From assembly GCA_041917295.1 (NCBI GenBank), contig JAYRXX010000025.1, positions 51,275-115,274 on the forward strand: a stretch of DNA of 64,000 nucleotides, written 5' to 3'. The notes under the pieces were generated by a model. It searched no databases. It was not told the DNA's origin and was given only the letters and a program-made list of their open reading frames with translations. Positions 47,030-55,504 of this stretch are shown in pieces (positions within the stretch are counted from its first letter, which is position 1; each line of letters starts with the position of its first letter). Made by a program: the position numbers and the translations under genes. This DNA comes from Elusimicrobiota bacterium (GTDB lineage Bacteria > Elusimicrobiota > Elusimicrobia > FEN-1173).

Positions 47030-48100
47030 ATGAGACAGCGTGCTTGGGCGTTGATTTTAGCGGGATGCGTGGCGGTCGCCTATTCCGCCGTGGCTGAGGA
47101 AGCCCCATCCTTAAAGAAGTCTTCTCGATCAAAGAAACCCGCGCCCTCCACCCGTGCATCGACGCCGGTCCCGGATAACGTCCCGGCTCCCGTTGTTGTT
47201 CGGGAACCCCAAAAGCCCGTGGTTCCGCCGCCGCCTCCCAAACAAACTGCCCGTCCGGCGGCTTCTGTGCCGCCCGTTTCGGAACCGGCCGGCGGCGACA
47301 GCCTGGGATCATTGGACGTGGTCGGCCAGGCCAAAGACAAAGTGAATATCGAAAAAGTCACGCCCGAAATAAAAGTCGACATGAAAGAGCTGGTGGATTC
47401 GGTTACTGACAAAACGGAAAAATTGCTGGATCAGACCCGAACCATTCCTTCCGATGAGGATTTTCGCCGTTTCGACAGCGTTCAGACCCAACAAACCGCC
47501 CGGCCCTGGTTGCCGGATTTGGTGGAGCCGCCGCTCATCAGCTTTCAACCATCGCCTGCGGAAACCGCCGTGGTGGCCTGGCGTTTGGAAGTCACCGACG
47601 ACAAGGGGGACGTGATTCACACCATCACCGGCAAGGGCAACCCGGTTAAGGAAATTGTCTGGGACGGGTTTAATCGCAAAGGGGACATGATCCGGGTCGC
47701 GTCGGCCTATTCGTTTCGATTTATAACGGTGGACGAGTTGAAAGGCACACACACCACCTTGGGAAAAGCGTTCACGCTCCGGCACTTAAAATACAAAGAC
47801 AAGAAAAACATGATTGTTGAAATTTCGTCCAATTATTTGTTCGAGGAGGAGCGGTTCAATCCGGAGGCTTTGCCAATTTTTGAACGGGTCATCGATGTGT
47901 TGCGGGAGTATTCCGGTTACCCCTTTGTGGTGGAGTTTCAAACCCGGGACCACGCCGGCGAAACCGTCAAAGCCCGCCAAAAACGCGTCACCGAGAAAAT
48001 TGCCGCCGATTTGTTGTTGGCCCCCGACAGCGTTCGGTTCACTTACGGGCCCATCCAAGACCGCGGCGACGTGGTGCGATTCGTTATTAAACTCCGCTAA
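47030..48100 (+). CDS. Periplasmic protein with a degenerate OmpA/Pal-like C-terminal domain
   Basis: Signal peptide and a Pro-rich linker. The C-terminal VVEFQTRDHAGETVKARQKRVTEKIAADL loosely parallels the OmpA-like VEGHTD...N..LS.RRA motif; GGAGGA RBS. Confidence 0.45.
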   Translation: MRQRAWALILAGCVAVAYSAVAEEAPSLKKSSRSKKPAPSTRASTPVPDNVPAPVVVREPQKPVVPPPPPKQTARPAASVPPVSEPAGGDSLGSLDVVGQAKDKVNIEKVTPEIKVDMKELVDSVTDKTEKLLDQTRTIPSDEDFRRFDSVQTQQTARPWLPDLVEPPLISFQPSPAETAVVAWRLEVTDDKGDVIHTITGKGNPVKEIVWDGFNRKGDMIRVASAYSFRFITVDELKGTHTTLGKAFTLRHLKYKDKKNMIVEISSNYLFEEERFNPEALPIFERVIDVLREYSGYPFVVEFQTRDHAGETVKARQKRVTEKIAADLLLAPDSVRFTYGPIQDRGDVVRFVIKLR

Positions 48101-48177
48101 GACATGACGGGCAACATGGAATTGTATTCCTCAATATAGTACGGTGATTTCCATTCCAGATTGAGGAGGATTTTCTT

Positions 48178-48747
48178 ATGCAAAGGATTCGATTGGTTTT
48201 GGCGGCGGTGGTTCTTTCGACGGGGTTGGGGGGCGTTGAGGCCCGGGCGGCGAAGCCGTCTCTTTCACTTGACGATTTGGGGTTTTCCGCCGAGCAAGTG
48301 CGGGGCGATTCCGCCGCGCAGGCCACTCTTCACAAACGATCCAAGATGTTAAAAACCCACCAGATTTTGGGTCTCATCACGGCGGTGCCCATGGCGGCTA
48401 CGGTATTCACCGCCTCCGGCGCGGAGGGAGGCTCGGACGCAAAACGGGATTTGCACAAAAACATGGCCATCACCACCGGGGCCCTCTACTTCACCACGGC
48501 GTCGTTTTCCTTGTTCGCCCCGGAGGTGGAAGAAAAGAAAGCCACGGGCGCAACAAAATTCCACAAGGCGTTGGCCTGGATTCATTTCCCGGCCATGGTT
48601 ATTGCGCCCATTTTGGGGTACGAAGCGTATAAACAAAAGGAGCGGGGCGAGGAAGTGCACGGCATGGCCAAACAGCATTCCACCGTGGCGGGCGTGGGCG
48701 CGGCGGCTTACTTTCTTTCCATGGCCGTGATGGTCATCAATTTCTAA
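48178..48747 (+). CDS. Hypothetical membrane protein
   Basis: 189 aa with a signal peptide and 3-4 hydrophobic helices; no motif recognised. Confidence 0.5.
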   Translation: MQRIRLVLAAVVLSTGLGGVEARAAKPSLSLDDLGFSAEQVRGDSAAQATLHKRSKMLKTHQILGLITAVPMAATVFTASGAEGGSDAKRDLHKNMAITTGALYFTTASFSLFAPEVEEKKATGATKFHKALAWIHFPAMVIAPILGYEAYKQKERGEEVHGMAKQHSTVAGVGAAAYFLSMAVMVINF

Positions 48748-48760
48748 GGGGGATCGTTTG

Positions 48761-49297
48761 ATGAAATCCATGCTTTTGCTTTTGGTGGCCGTGTTTGCTT
48801 TGGCTCTGACGGCCCAGGCCGAATCCTGGGTTTTGGATAAATCCAAACTGACGTATCATGTGACGCACACTCTTCACAAAGTCGAAGGGACCAACACCGG
48901 GGCTCGGGGTAAAGGCGTCTGTGATAAGGACGGGTGTCATTTTTTGGTGGCGGCCACCGTCGGCGGGTTTGTTTCGGGGGACACCAATCGGGATTTGCAT
49001 ATGCAGGAAACCACCCGGGGGGCGACGTTTCCCATGGTGGCGGTTTCCGTGTCTTTGCCCGCGGTTCCGGCGGGACAAACATTTACGGCGGATTTGGATA
49101 TTGAATTTGCTGGGGAAAAATCCTCCTACAAAGCCGTCCCCTTTACCGTGGTGGATCGGTCGGAAGGGGCCCTTCATTTTAAAGGCGTCGTTCCGCTGAA
49201 CATTGATGATTTTAAGATCCCGGCTCCGTCTCTTCTCGGCATGGCCATCAAAAGCCAGGTGCCGGTCGACGCGGAAATGACCTGGAAAAAACAATAA
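48761..49297 (+). CDS. YceI-like periplasmic protein
   Basis: About 178 aa with a signal peptide; the size and beta-rich sequence pattern are consistent with the YceI lipid/polyisoprenoid-binding family; weak call. Confidence 0.5.
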   Translation: MKSMLLLLVAVFALALTAQAESWVLDKSKLTYHVTHTLHKVEGTNTGARGKGVCDKDGCHFLVAATVGGFVSGDTNRDLHMQETTRGATFPMVAVSVSLPAVPAGQTFTADLDIEFAGEKSSYKAVPFTVVDRSEGALHFKGVVPLNIDDFKIPAPSLLGMAIKSQVPVDAEMTWKKQ

Positions 49298-49396
49298 GGG
49301 TAGCGCAACGCCGTCTCGCCATCACTCCCGGAATTACTCTTCCATAAACGTCGGCCCCGTTTGATAGACGGCTGACGAAAAAACCTTTCTCTGCCC

Positions 49397-51958
49397 ATGG
49401 CTTCCGTTCTATTTCCACCTCCTTCGGTCCACGATCCCGCTGTGTGGGCCACCCAACCTTTGGATGGTCTTGTGCGGGACCTGGGAACATCTTTCCAAGG
49501 CATTTCGGAAAAAGAAGCCAAACTTCGGTTGGAAAAATCGGGTCCCAACGAGCCCGCGCGCCGCCGAAAGAGAGGGCTCGTTTTTGGATTTTTGATTCGG
49601 TTTCTTGATCCCCTCGTCGTTGTTCTTTTGGTCATCGGCGGATTTTCCCTGTTCTTCGGCGAAAACGTGAGCGCGGCCCTGGTGGGCGGCATGGCCATGA
49701 TCAGCGTCGGGCTGAGTTTCGCCCAAGAGTTTCGGGCGGACCGCGCCGCCGAAAAACTGAGCGCCATGGTCCGCGTGCGCGCCACCGCTCTGCGCGACGG
49801 CGTGCCCCAAGAGGTGGATCTTCGCACTCTTGTTCCGGGCGATGTGGTGGTTCTGGCCGCGGGGGACATGATCCCCGCCGACATCCGGGTTCTGGAAGCC
49901 AAGGACCTGTTCGTTAACCAGTCCGCCCTCACGGGGGAATCTCTGCCTTTGGAAAAACAGGCCGGCTCACCGGCGGTCGGGGCACGGGGGCTTTCGGACT
50001 TGGCGAACGCGGCGTTCATGGGGACGAGCGTGGTGAGCGGCCGGGGGCTGGGTCTTGTCGTTAAAACGGGCCCCACCACTCAATTCGGCGCCATTTCCAA
50101 GCGTATGGCCCGGCGACGGGCGGAAACCTCATTCGAAAAGGGACTTCAACAGTTCGTTTGGCTCATGCTTCGGTTGATGTTGGTGTTGGTTGTGGTGATC
50201 TTCGCCGCCAATCTGCTGACCAAGACCGGTTGGGTCGAATCGCTTCTTTTCGCCTTGGCCGTGGCCGTGGGGTTGACGCCGGAAATGTTGCCCATGATCA
50301 TAACCTTAAACCTGTCGCGCGGGGCATTGCGAATGTCGCGACGGGAAGTGATCGTCAAACGGTTGTCTTCGATCCAAAACCTCGGGGCCATGGACGTATT
50401 GTGCACCGACAAAACCGGCACGCTCACCCTGGACGACGTGGTTTTGGAGCGGCATTGCGACGTGATCCTTCAGGAAGACGAGGCGGTCTTATCCCTCGCC
50501 TATCTGAACAGCATTCATCAAACCGGGTTGAAAAATCTGCTTGACCGGGCGATCCTGAAACATCACGACGAAATGAAGGTGGTCGGGGAAAAGGTCGACG
50601 AGATCCCGTTTGATTTTTCGCGGAGGATTCTTTCCGTGGTGGTCTCTCACGAAGGGCGCCACCGGTTGATTGCCAAAGGGGCCCCCGAGGAGATCTTCAA
50701 GCGGTGCGCGCGCTACGAGTTGGACGGTGAAATCTTTCCCATGGAAGACCTTATTCTCCAGGACTTGCGGGAGGAATACGACGCGTTGAGCCGGGAGGGT
50801 TACCGCGTTTTGGCGGTCGCCTACCGGGATATGACGGAGACAAAGGCGGCTTACAGCAAAGCGGACGAATCCGATTTGGTGCTTCGCGGCTATCTGGCCT
50901 TTCTCGACCCCCCCAAACCGTCCGCGCGGGAAGCGCTGGCGGCCCTTCGTCAGCGGGGTGTTTCGTGCAAGGTGTTGACGGGGGACAACGCTCTTGTGGC
51001 CCAGAAGATCGCGCGGGAGGTGGGTCTTCCTGTCGACGGCATGCTGACGGGGGAAGAATTGGACCTTTTGACCGATGAGGCGTTGGCCCCCCGGTTGGCT
51101 TCTTGCACGATTCTTGCTCGGCTCGCTCCCCTCCAAAAAGAGCGCGTGATCCGACTGCTTCAAAAAGAAGGGCGAACGGTGGGGTTTCTCGGGGACGGGA
51201 TCAACGACGCGCCGGCTCTCAAGGCCGCGGACGTCGGTTTGTCGGTGGAAAACGCCGTGGACGTGGCCCGGGATGCCGCCGATATGATTTTGCTCCGTAA
51301 GAACTTGAACGTGTTGGCCGCCGGCATCGATGAAGGCCGCCGCACGTTCGCCAATATTGTCAAATACGTTCGCATGGGATCCAGCTCTAATTTTGGGAAC
51401 ATGATCAGCATGACGGGCGCGAGTCTCCTGTTGCCTTTCTTGCCGATGCTTCCCATTCAGGTTTTGCTCAACAACTTTCTTTACGACCTTTCCCAAGTCG
51501 CTCTTCCCACCGACAACGCGGACCCGCAAGCCCTGGACCATCCTCGCCCGTGGGACGTGAACTCGATTCGCCGATTTATGTTTGTATTCGGCCCCTTGAG
51601 CTCGCTCTTCGATTTCATCACGTTCGGGTTTTTGTGGGTGTTGTTTGGCCGAAACGTGGAACTGTTTCACACAGGGTGGTTTTTGGAATCGTTCATCAGC
51701 CAATCACTTGTGATCTATGTGATCCGAACCCGAAAACGGCCTTGGGACGGAGTTCGACCCAGCGCGGTCTTGATTGTATCCACTGCCATTTTGTGCGGCG
51801 TGGTATTGTGGATCCCCTTTTCCGACTTCGGCAAACACTTTGGTTTTGCAACACCTCCCGCGCCCTTTTACGCGGGCCTCTTCATAATCGTGGGGGCCTA
51901 CCTGGGCCTTGCCCAATGGCTCAAAGGACGATTTATTCGCCGTTACGGCTACGATTGA
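49397..51958 (+). CDS. mgtA: Mg2+-importing P-type ATPase (MgtA/MgtB family)
   Basis: DKTGTLT phosphorylation motif (CTDKTGTLT), TGES actuator motif (LTGESLP), GDGINDAPAL hinge, and 10-TM topology; 853 aa. Confidence 0.9.
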   Translation: MASVLFPPPSVHDPAVWATQPLDGLVRDLGTSFQGISEKEAKLRLEKSGPNEPARRRKRGLVFGFLIRFLDPLVVVLLVIGGFSLFFGENVSAALVGGMAMISVGLSFAQEFRADRAAEKLSAMVRVRATALRDGVPQEVDLRTLVPGDVVVLAAGDMIPADIRVLEAKDLFVNQSALTGESLPLEKQAGSPAVGARGLSDLANAAFMGTSVVSGRGLGLVVKTGPTTQFGAISKRMARRRAETSFEKGLQQFVWLMLRLMLVLVVVIFAANLLTKTGWVESLLFALAVAVGLTPEMLPMIITLNLSRGALRMSRREVIVKRLSSIQNLGAMDVLCTDKTGTLTLDDVVLERHCDVILQEDEAVLSLAYLNSIHQTGLKNLLDRAILKHHDEMKVVGEKVDEIPFDFSRRILSVVVSHEGRHRLIAKGAPEEIFKRCARYELDGEIFPMEDLILQDLREEYDALSREGYRVLAVAYRDMTETKAAYSKADESDLVLRGYLAFLDPPKPSAREALAALRQRGVSCKVLTGDNALVAQKIAREVGLPVDGMLTGEELDLLTDEALAPRLASCTILARLAPLQKERVIRLLQKEGRTVGFLGDGINDAPALKAADVGLSVENAVDVARDAADMILLRKNLNVLAAGIDEGRRTFANIVKYVRMGSSSNFGNMISMTGASLLLPFLPMLPIQVLLNNFLYDLSQVALPTDNADPQALDHPRPWDVNSIRRFMFVFGPLSSLFDFITFGFLWVLFGRNVELFHTGWFLESFISQSLVIYVIRTRKRPWDGVRPSAVLIVSTAILCGVVLWIPFSDFGKHFGFATPPAPFYAGLFIIVGAYLGLAQWLKGRFIRRYGYD

Positions 51959-52047
51959 CCGGCTCCCCACGCGTCGGGTATAATGATCCGGACGCAAGTT
52001 GACCCGCGGAATTTTTTCCCTTTCTGGTTTCCGGATTTAATTGTTTT

Positions 52048-52343
52048 CGGGGCGTAGCGCAGTTGGGTCCCGTTTGCCGTGAAGGGCAAACGCTTGGGAC
52101 GCCCCGCTTTAGCGGGGCCGGCCTGGAGCCCCGAGGTGTGGGGCGCAAGGCGCGCTTGGTTTGGAAACATTCGGCGGGCGGAGAGTTTGAAGTTACGGGG
52201 CGTAGCGCAGTTGGGTCCCGTTTGCCGTGAAGGGCAAACGTTTGGGACGCCCCGCTTTAGCGGGGCCGGCCTGGAGCCCCGACGTGTGGGGCGCAAGGCG
52301 CGCTTGGTTTGGAAACATTCGGCGGGCGGAGAGTTTGAAGTTA
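52048..52343 (+). repeat. Two tandem 148-bp direct repeats, each carrying tRNA-Pro 5' fragments plus three hairpins
   Basis: Each unit starts CGGGGCGTAGCGCAGTTGG (tRNA-Pro nt 1-19) and then has hairpins GTCCCGTTTGCC-GTGAA-GGGCAAACGCTTGGGAC, GCCCCGC-TTTA-GCGGGGC and GCCCC-GAGGTGT-GGGGC, followed by GCGCGCTTGGTTTGG (tRNA nt ~22-36). The units are nearly identical (1-2 mismatches) and lie directly upstream of the intact tRNA-Pro. Confidence 0.8.
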
Positions 52344-52416
52344 CGGGGCGTAGCGCAGTTGGTAGCGCGCTTGGTTTGGGACCAAGAGGTCGGGAGTTCA
52401 AATCTCCCCGCCCCGA
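52344..52416 (+). tRNA. tRNA-Pro(TGG)
   Basis: CGGGGCG-T-AGCGCAGTTGGTAGCGCG-CTTGG-TTTGGGA-CCAAG-AGGTC-GGGAG-TTCAAAT-CTCCC-CGCCCCG-A. C1:G72 is typical of bacterial tRNA-Pro; anticodon UGG; followed by a T-run. Confidence 0.9.
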
Positions 52417-52437
52417 TTTTTTTCGGATTTCGGTCGA

Positions 52438-52929
52438 CTACGGAACAAGGTCGGCTTTTTGGTTGAGCTCGGTGAGCGCCTCGGGGCTTAAAAGTTCTTG
52501 GGCCAGGGGAAAGATTTCATTTTCTTCCCGCTCCATGTGGCGGCGCAAGCCGTCGGCAAATTGTTCCAACGCCGCCCGCCAGGGCGCCGCGATCGTGCCT
52601 GACGAGGATGAGTGCAGTTCCGCTTGCCGTTTGGCCACGGAATGGTGTTCGTCGTTGCCGTGTTGAATGTAATGTTGAACTGTTTTGTGGCGAACGTCAT
52701 CGGACCCGGCCCGTTGCATGGCTGGGAACAACAGCTCGGCTTCCATCCGTGCATGACGTCGCAACTTTTGGGCGAAGGCCCTGTCGTTGTCGGTTACCGC
52801 GGGAGCCGGCGATTGGTCCGGAAGGTCCCGGGCCAGGGCCAAGGTGTCCGCCAGGTGTTTTCGAAAAACCGCGTGGTCCTGAAGAAACCGCTCGATAATT
52901 GTCATAAGAATATATAGACCAAAAACCAT
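52438..52929 (-). CDS. Hemerythrin-like (HHE cation-binding) domain protein
   Basis: Two H...E..E.LFP motifs (HARMEAELLFPA; HMEREENEIFPL) plus additional His ligands (HYIQHGNDEHH); start may be the internal ATG at about 52905. Confidence 0.7.
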   Translation of the reverse strand: MVFGLYILMTIIERFLQDHAVFRKHLADTLALARDLPDQSPAPAVTDNDRAFAQKLRRHARMEAELLFPAMQRAGSDDVRHKTVQHYIQHGNDEHHSVAKRQAELHSSSSGTIAAPWRAALEQFADGLRRHMEREENEIFPLAQELLSPEALTELNQKADLVP

Positions 52930-52950
52930 TTTTTTTCAAGGGGAATTTTC

Positions 52951-54750
52951 GTGCTATCCGTCCAAAACCTTCACAAAGCGTTCGGCCAGCAGGTTATTTT
53001 TGATGGAGTGAACCTTCAACTGAATGCCGGCGACCGTTACGCCCTGATGGGCCCCAACGGAGCGGGCAAATCATCCCTGTTTAAAATTTTGCGCGGGTTG
53101 GATTTCCCCGACGAAGGGGTGGTGTCGTTCCCCCGGGGCGTGCGGATCGGTTATCTTCCCCAGGAAACCGCCGACATCGGCGAAGGCACCGTGCTTCACG
53201 AAACCCTGGCCGGCGAGGGGGACGCGGAGATCCACGCGGAAAAACGCGCCGCCGACGCCAAAAAGATATTGATGGGTCTTGGGTTTCGCGTATCCGATTT
53301 TGACCGGCTCGCGTCGGCCATGTCCGGAGGGTGGCGCATGAGGATTGCCATCGCCCGACTGCTTTTGCAAGAACCCGATCTCCTGCTCCTCGATGAGCCC
53401 ACCAACCATTTGGACCTGGCCTCGTTGTTGTGGTTTCAAGACTATCTTCAGCACTCGAAAAGTTCAATTTTGTTGATTTCCCACGACCGGGCGTTCGTGA
53501 ACGCCATCGCCCACGGCATTTGGGATTTGCGCGACCACAAGATTTATAAATACGCGGGCGACTACGAGAAGTTCTTGTCGGTCCGAGCCATGGAACAAGA
53601 ACAGGTGCTCGCCGCGTACAAAAAGCAACAGCGGGAAATCGCCGACGCCCAAGAGTTCATTAACCGGTTCCGCGCCCAGGCCGCCAAAGCCCCCCAGGTT
53701 CAAAGCCGTATTAAAATGTTGGAGAAAATGGAGCTGATTGAAATTCCTCCGGAAGTGAAGAAAATTAAAATAAATTTTCCCCAACCCAGCAAAACCGGGG
53801 TCAAGATATTGTCCCTCAACGGCATTGTTAAATCCTACGGAGACACGAAAGTGTACGACGGTTTGGATTTTGAATTGGAACGGGGCCAGAAAGTGGCCCT
53901 GGTGGGCCCCAACGGCGCGGGGAAATCCACGTTGTTGAAAATGTTGGCCGGGGTTTTGCCCTTTGAGCAGGGCCGGCGGGTGTTGGGGCTGAACGTGGAA
54001 TCGGGATACTTTTCCCAGCATCGGTGGGAAACCTTGACCCCGGGCCGGACCGTGATTCAAGAGGCCATGGCCACCCGGCGAATGAATCCGGACCTTCTGG
54101 TTCGCACCATTTTGGGCACCTTTCTTTTTCGCGACAACGCGGTTTTTAAAAAGGTGGACGTGTTGAGCGGAGGGGAAAAAAGCCGGTTGGCCTTGGCCAA
54201 GCTGTTGTTGGACCCCCCAAACGTCTTATTATTAGATGAGCCCACCACTCACCTGGACATGGCCAGCGTGGACGCGCTGATTGAGGCGTTGAAGGATTTT
54301 GAGGGGACGATTTGCTTTATCAGCCACGATCTCTATTTTGTCAACGCCCTGGCCAACCACGTGGCCCATGTGGACCAGGGGCGGGCGAAGCTTTACACGG
54401 GCAACCACGATGATTTCCTTCGCCTGTCCCAACGGTTGTCGGCGGCGGGACCAAGTCATCCCGTTGAAAAACCGGTGGTCCGCCCTGTTCAGTCGGGCGG
54501 GCCGGCGTGGATGAAAACCGGGTCCGACGATTTGAAACGGTTGCGGGAAGCCGAACGGGCCCGTTCCAAACGCCGCAAAAAGTTAAACGAGCGGTTGCGG
54601 GAACTGGAAAGCGAAATCGAGGATTTGAACGGACAAATGGGATCGGTCTTCATTCAAAGCGATTACCAAAAGCTGATGGAATTGGATGCGGGCCTTAAAA
54701 AGTGCCAAAAAGAGCGGGACGAGGTTTTGGCCGCCCTTCAACAATCGTGA
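52951..54750 (+). CDS. ABC-F family ATPase (two tandem ABC domains; translation/ribosome-associated type) with a C-terminal coiled-coil tail
   Basis: Two Walker A motifs (GPNGAGKSS; GPNGAGKST), two LSGG signatures (MSGGWRMR; LSGGEKSRLALA), no TM domain and an Arg/Lys-rich C-terminus; GTG start with an AAGGGG RBS. Confidence 0.9.
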   Translation: MLSVQNLHKAFGQQVIFDGVNLQLNAGDRYALMGPNGAGKSSLFKILRGLDFPDEGVVSFPRGVRIGYLPQETADIGEGTVLHETLAGEGDAEIHAEKRAADAKKILMGLGFRVSDFDRLASAMSGGWRMRIAIARLLLQEPDLLLLDEPTNHLDLASLLWFQDYLQHSKSSILLISHDRAFVNAIAHGIWDLRDHKIYKYAGDYEKFLSVRAMEQEQVLAAYKKQQREIADAQEFINRFRAQAAKAPQVQSRIKMLEKMELIEIPPEVKKIKINFPQPSKTGVKILSLNGIVKSYGDTKVYDGLDFELERGQKVALVGPNGAGKSTLLKMLAGVLPFEQGRRVLGLNVESGYFSQHRWETLTPGRTVIQEAMATRRMNPDLLVRTILGTFLFRDNAVFKKVDVLSGGEKSRLALAKLLLDPPNVLLLDEPTTHLDMASVDALIEALKDFEGTICFISHDLYFVNALANHVAHVDQGRAKLYTGNHDDFLRLSQRLSAAGPSHPVEKPVVRPVQSGGPAWMKTGSDDLKRLREAERARSKRRKKLNERLRELESEIEDLNGQMGSVFIQSDYQKLMELDAGLKKCQKERDEVLAALQQS

Positions 54751-54802
54751 TTTAAAAATGGGATGCGATGTGGTAGAATGCGGGCCAAGGAAGGGATCTC
54801 AT

Positions 54803-55495
54803 TTGAAAAAATCGATCGCGTTTATTGCTATATTGGTGGGGGGGCTGGGGTTGGCCCGGGCCGGTGCGCCGGTGGTGGAGCTGATCGACGTTCCCACGGC
54901 CGAGGTGTTGGACCGGTACGGATATAACGCCTCTTTCCGGTTTTATACCGGGGGGGGGATGTTGGCCAAAACGTATTTTGGGGTGTTCCCGCGCCTCAAC
55001 GTGGGGTTTGGGTTGGACGCGGAAGGGTTTGTGGGCAACGACGCGGTGGACGTTAACAAACCCACGTTGAATGTTCGGTTTCGTTTTTACGACGGGCAAC
55101 GGAACTTGCCCGCCCTGGCTTTGGGCTACGACGGTCAAGGATTGTTTTACAACGATGAAACCGACAAATACAACCAGCGGGAAAAGGGGTTGTATCTGGT
55201 GGGAAGCGGGGAAGTGTTTGTTCCGGATCTCAGCCTTCACGCCGGGGCCAACGTGTATGATTTTTCAAACGATCACCTGTACGGATTTATGGGATTGCGC
55301 TACGTTTACAAAGATCTCTGGGGTTTAACAGGCGAATGGGACAACATTCGCAATGGCCGTGACAGCCGCCTCAACTTGGGCGGAACGTGGTGGATGACGC
55401 CCAGCTTTGCCCTGGAACTGGCCGGTCGGGATTTGGGCGCGGCAGGCCGACGGGCAGAACGGATTGTTCGGCTATCCTACACGGGGGGGTTTTGA
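54803..55495 (+). CDS. Hypothetical outer-membrane or periplasmic protein
   Basis: TTG start after an AGGAAGG RBS; lipoprotein/signal-like KKSIAFIAILVGGLGLARA; alternating hydrophobic beta-strand-like pattern; no recognised family. Confidence 0.4.
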   Translation: MKKSIAFIAILVGGLGLARAGAPVVELIDVPTAEVLDRYGYNASFRFYTGGGMLAKTYFGVFPRLNVGFGLDAEGFVGNDAVDVNKPTLNVRFRFYDGQRNLPALALGYDGQGLFYNDETDKYNQREKGLYLVGSGEVFVPDLSLHAGANVYDFSNDHLYGFMGLRYVYKDLWGLTGEWDNIRNGRDSRLNLGGTWWMTPSFALELAGRDLGAAGRRAERIVRLSYTGGF

Positions 55496-55504
55496 AAAAG
55501 GAGG

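Noticed and set aside
25456-52343. Calling the whole tRNA-Leu to tRNA-Pro interval a genomic island
   Set aside because: No integrase, no obvious compositional shift visible by eye, and the content includes core-like genes (mgtA, tonB system). Only the tRNA-adjacent duplications are reported, as possible scars.
52079-52666. 195-aa and 79-aa ORFs (52079..52666, 52227..52466) spanning the tRNA-Pro repeat region
   Set aside because: They begin inside the tandem 148-bp tRNA-fragment repeats and run through the intact tRNA-Pro and antisense of the hemerythrin gene; repeated peptide segments mirror the DNA repeat.
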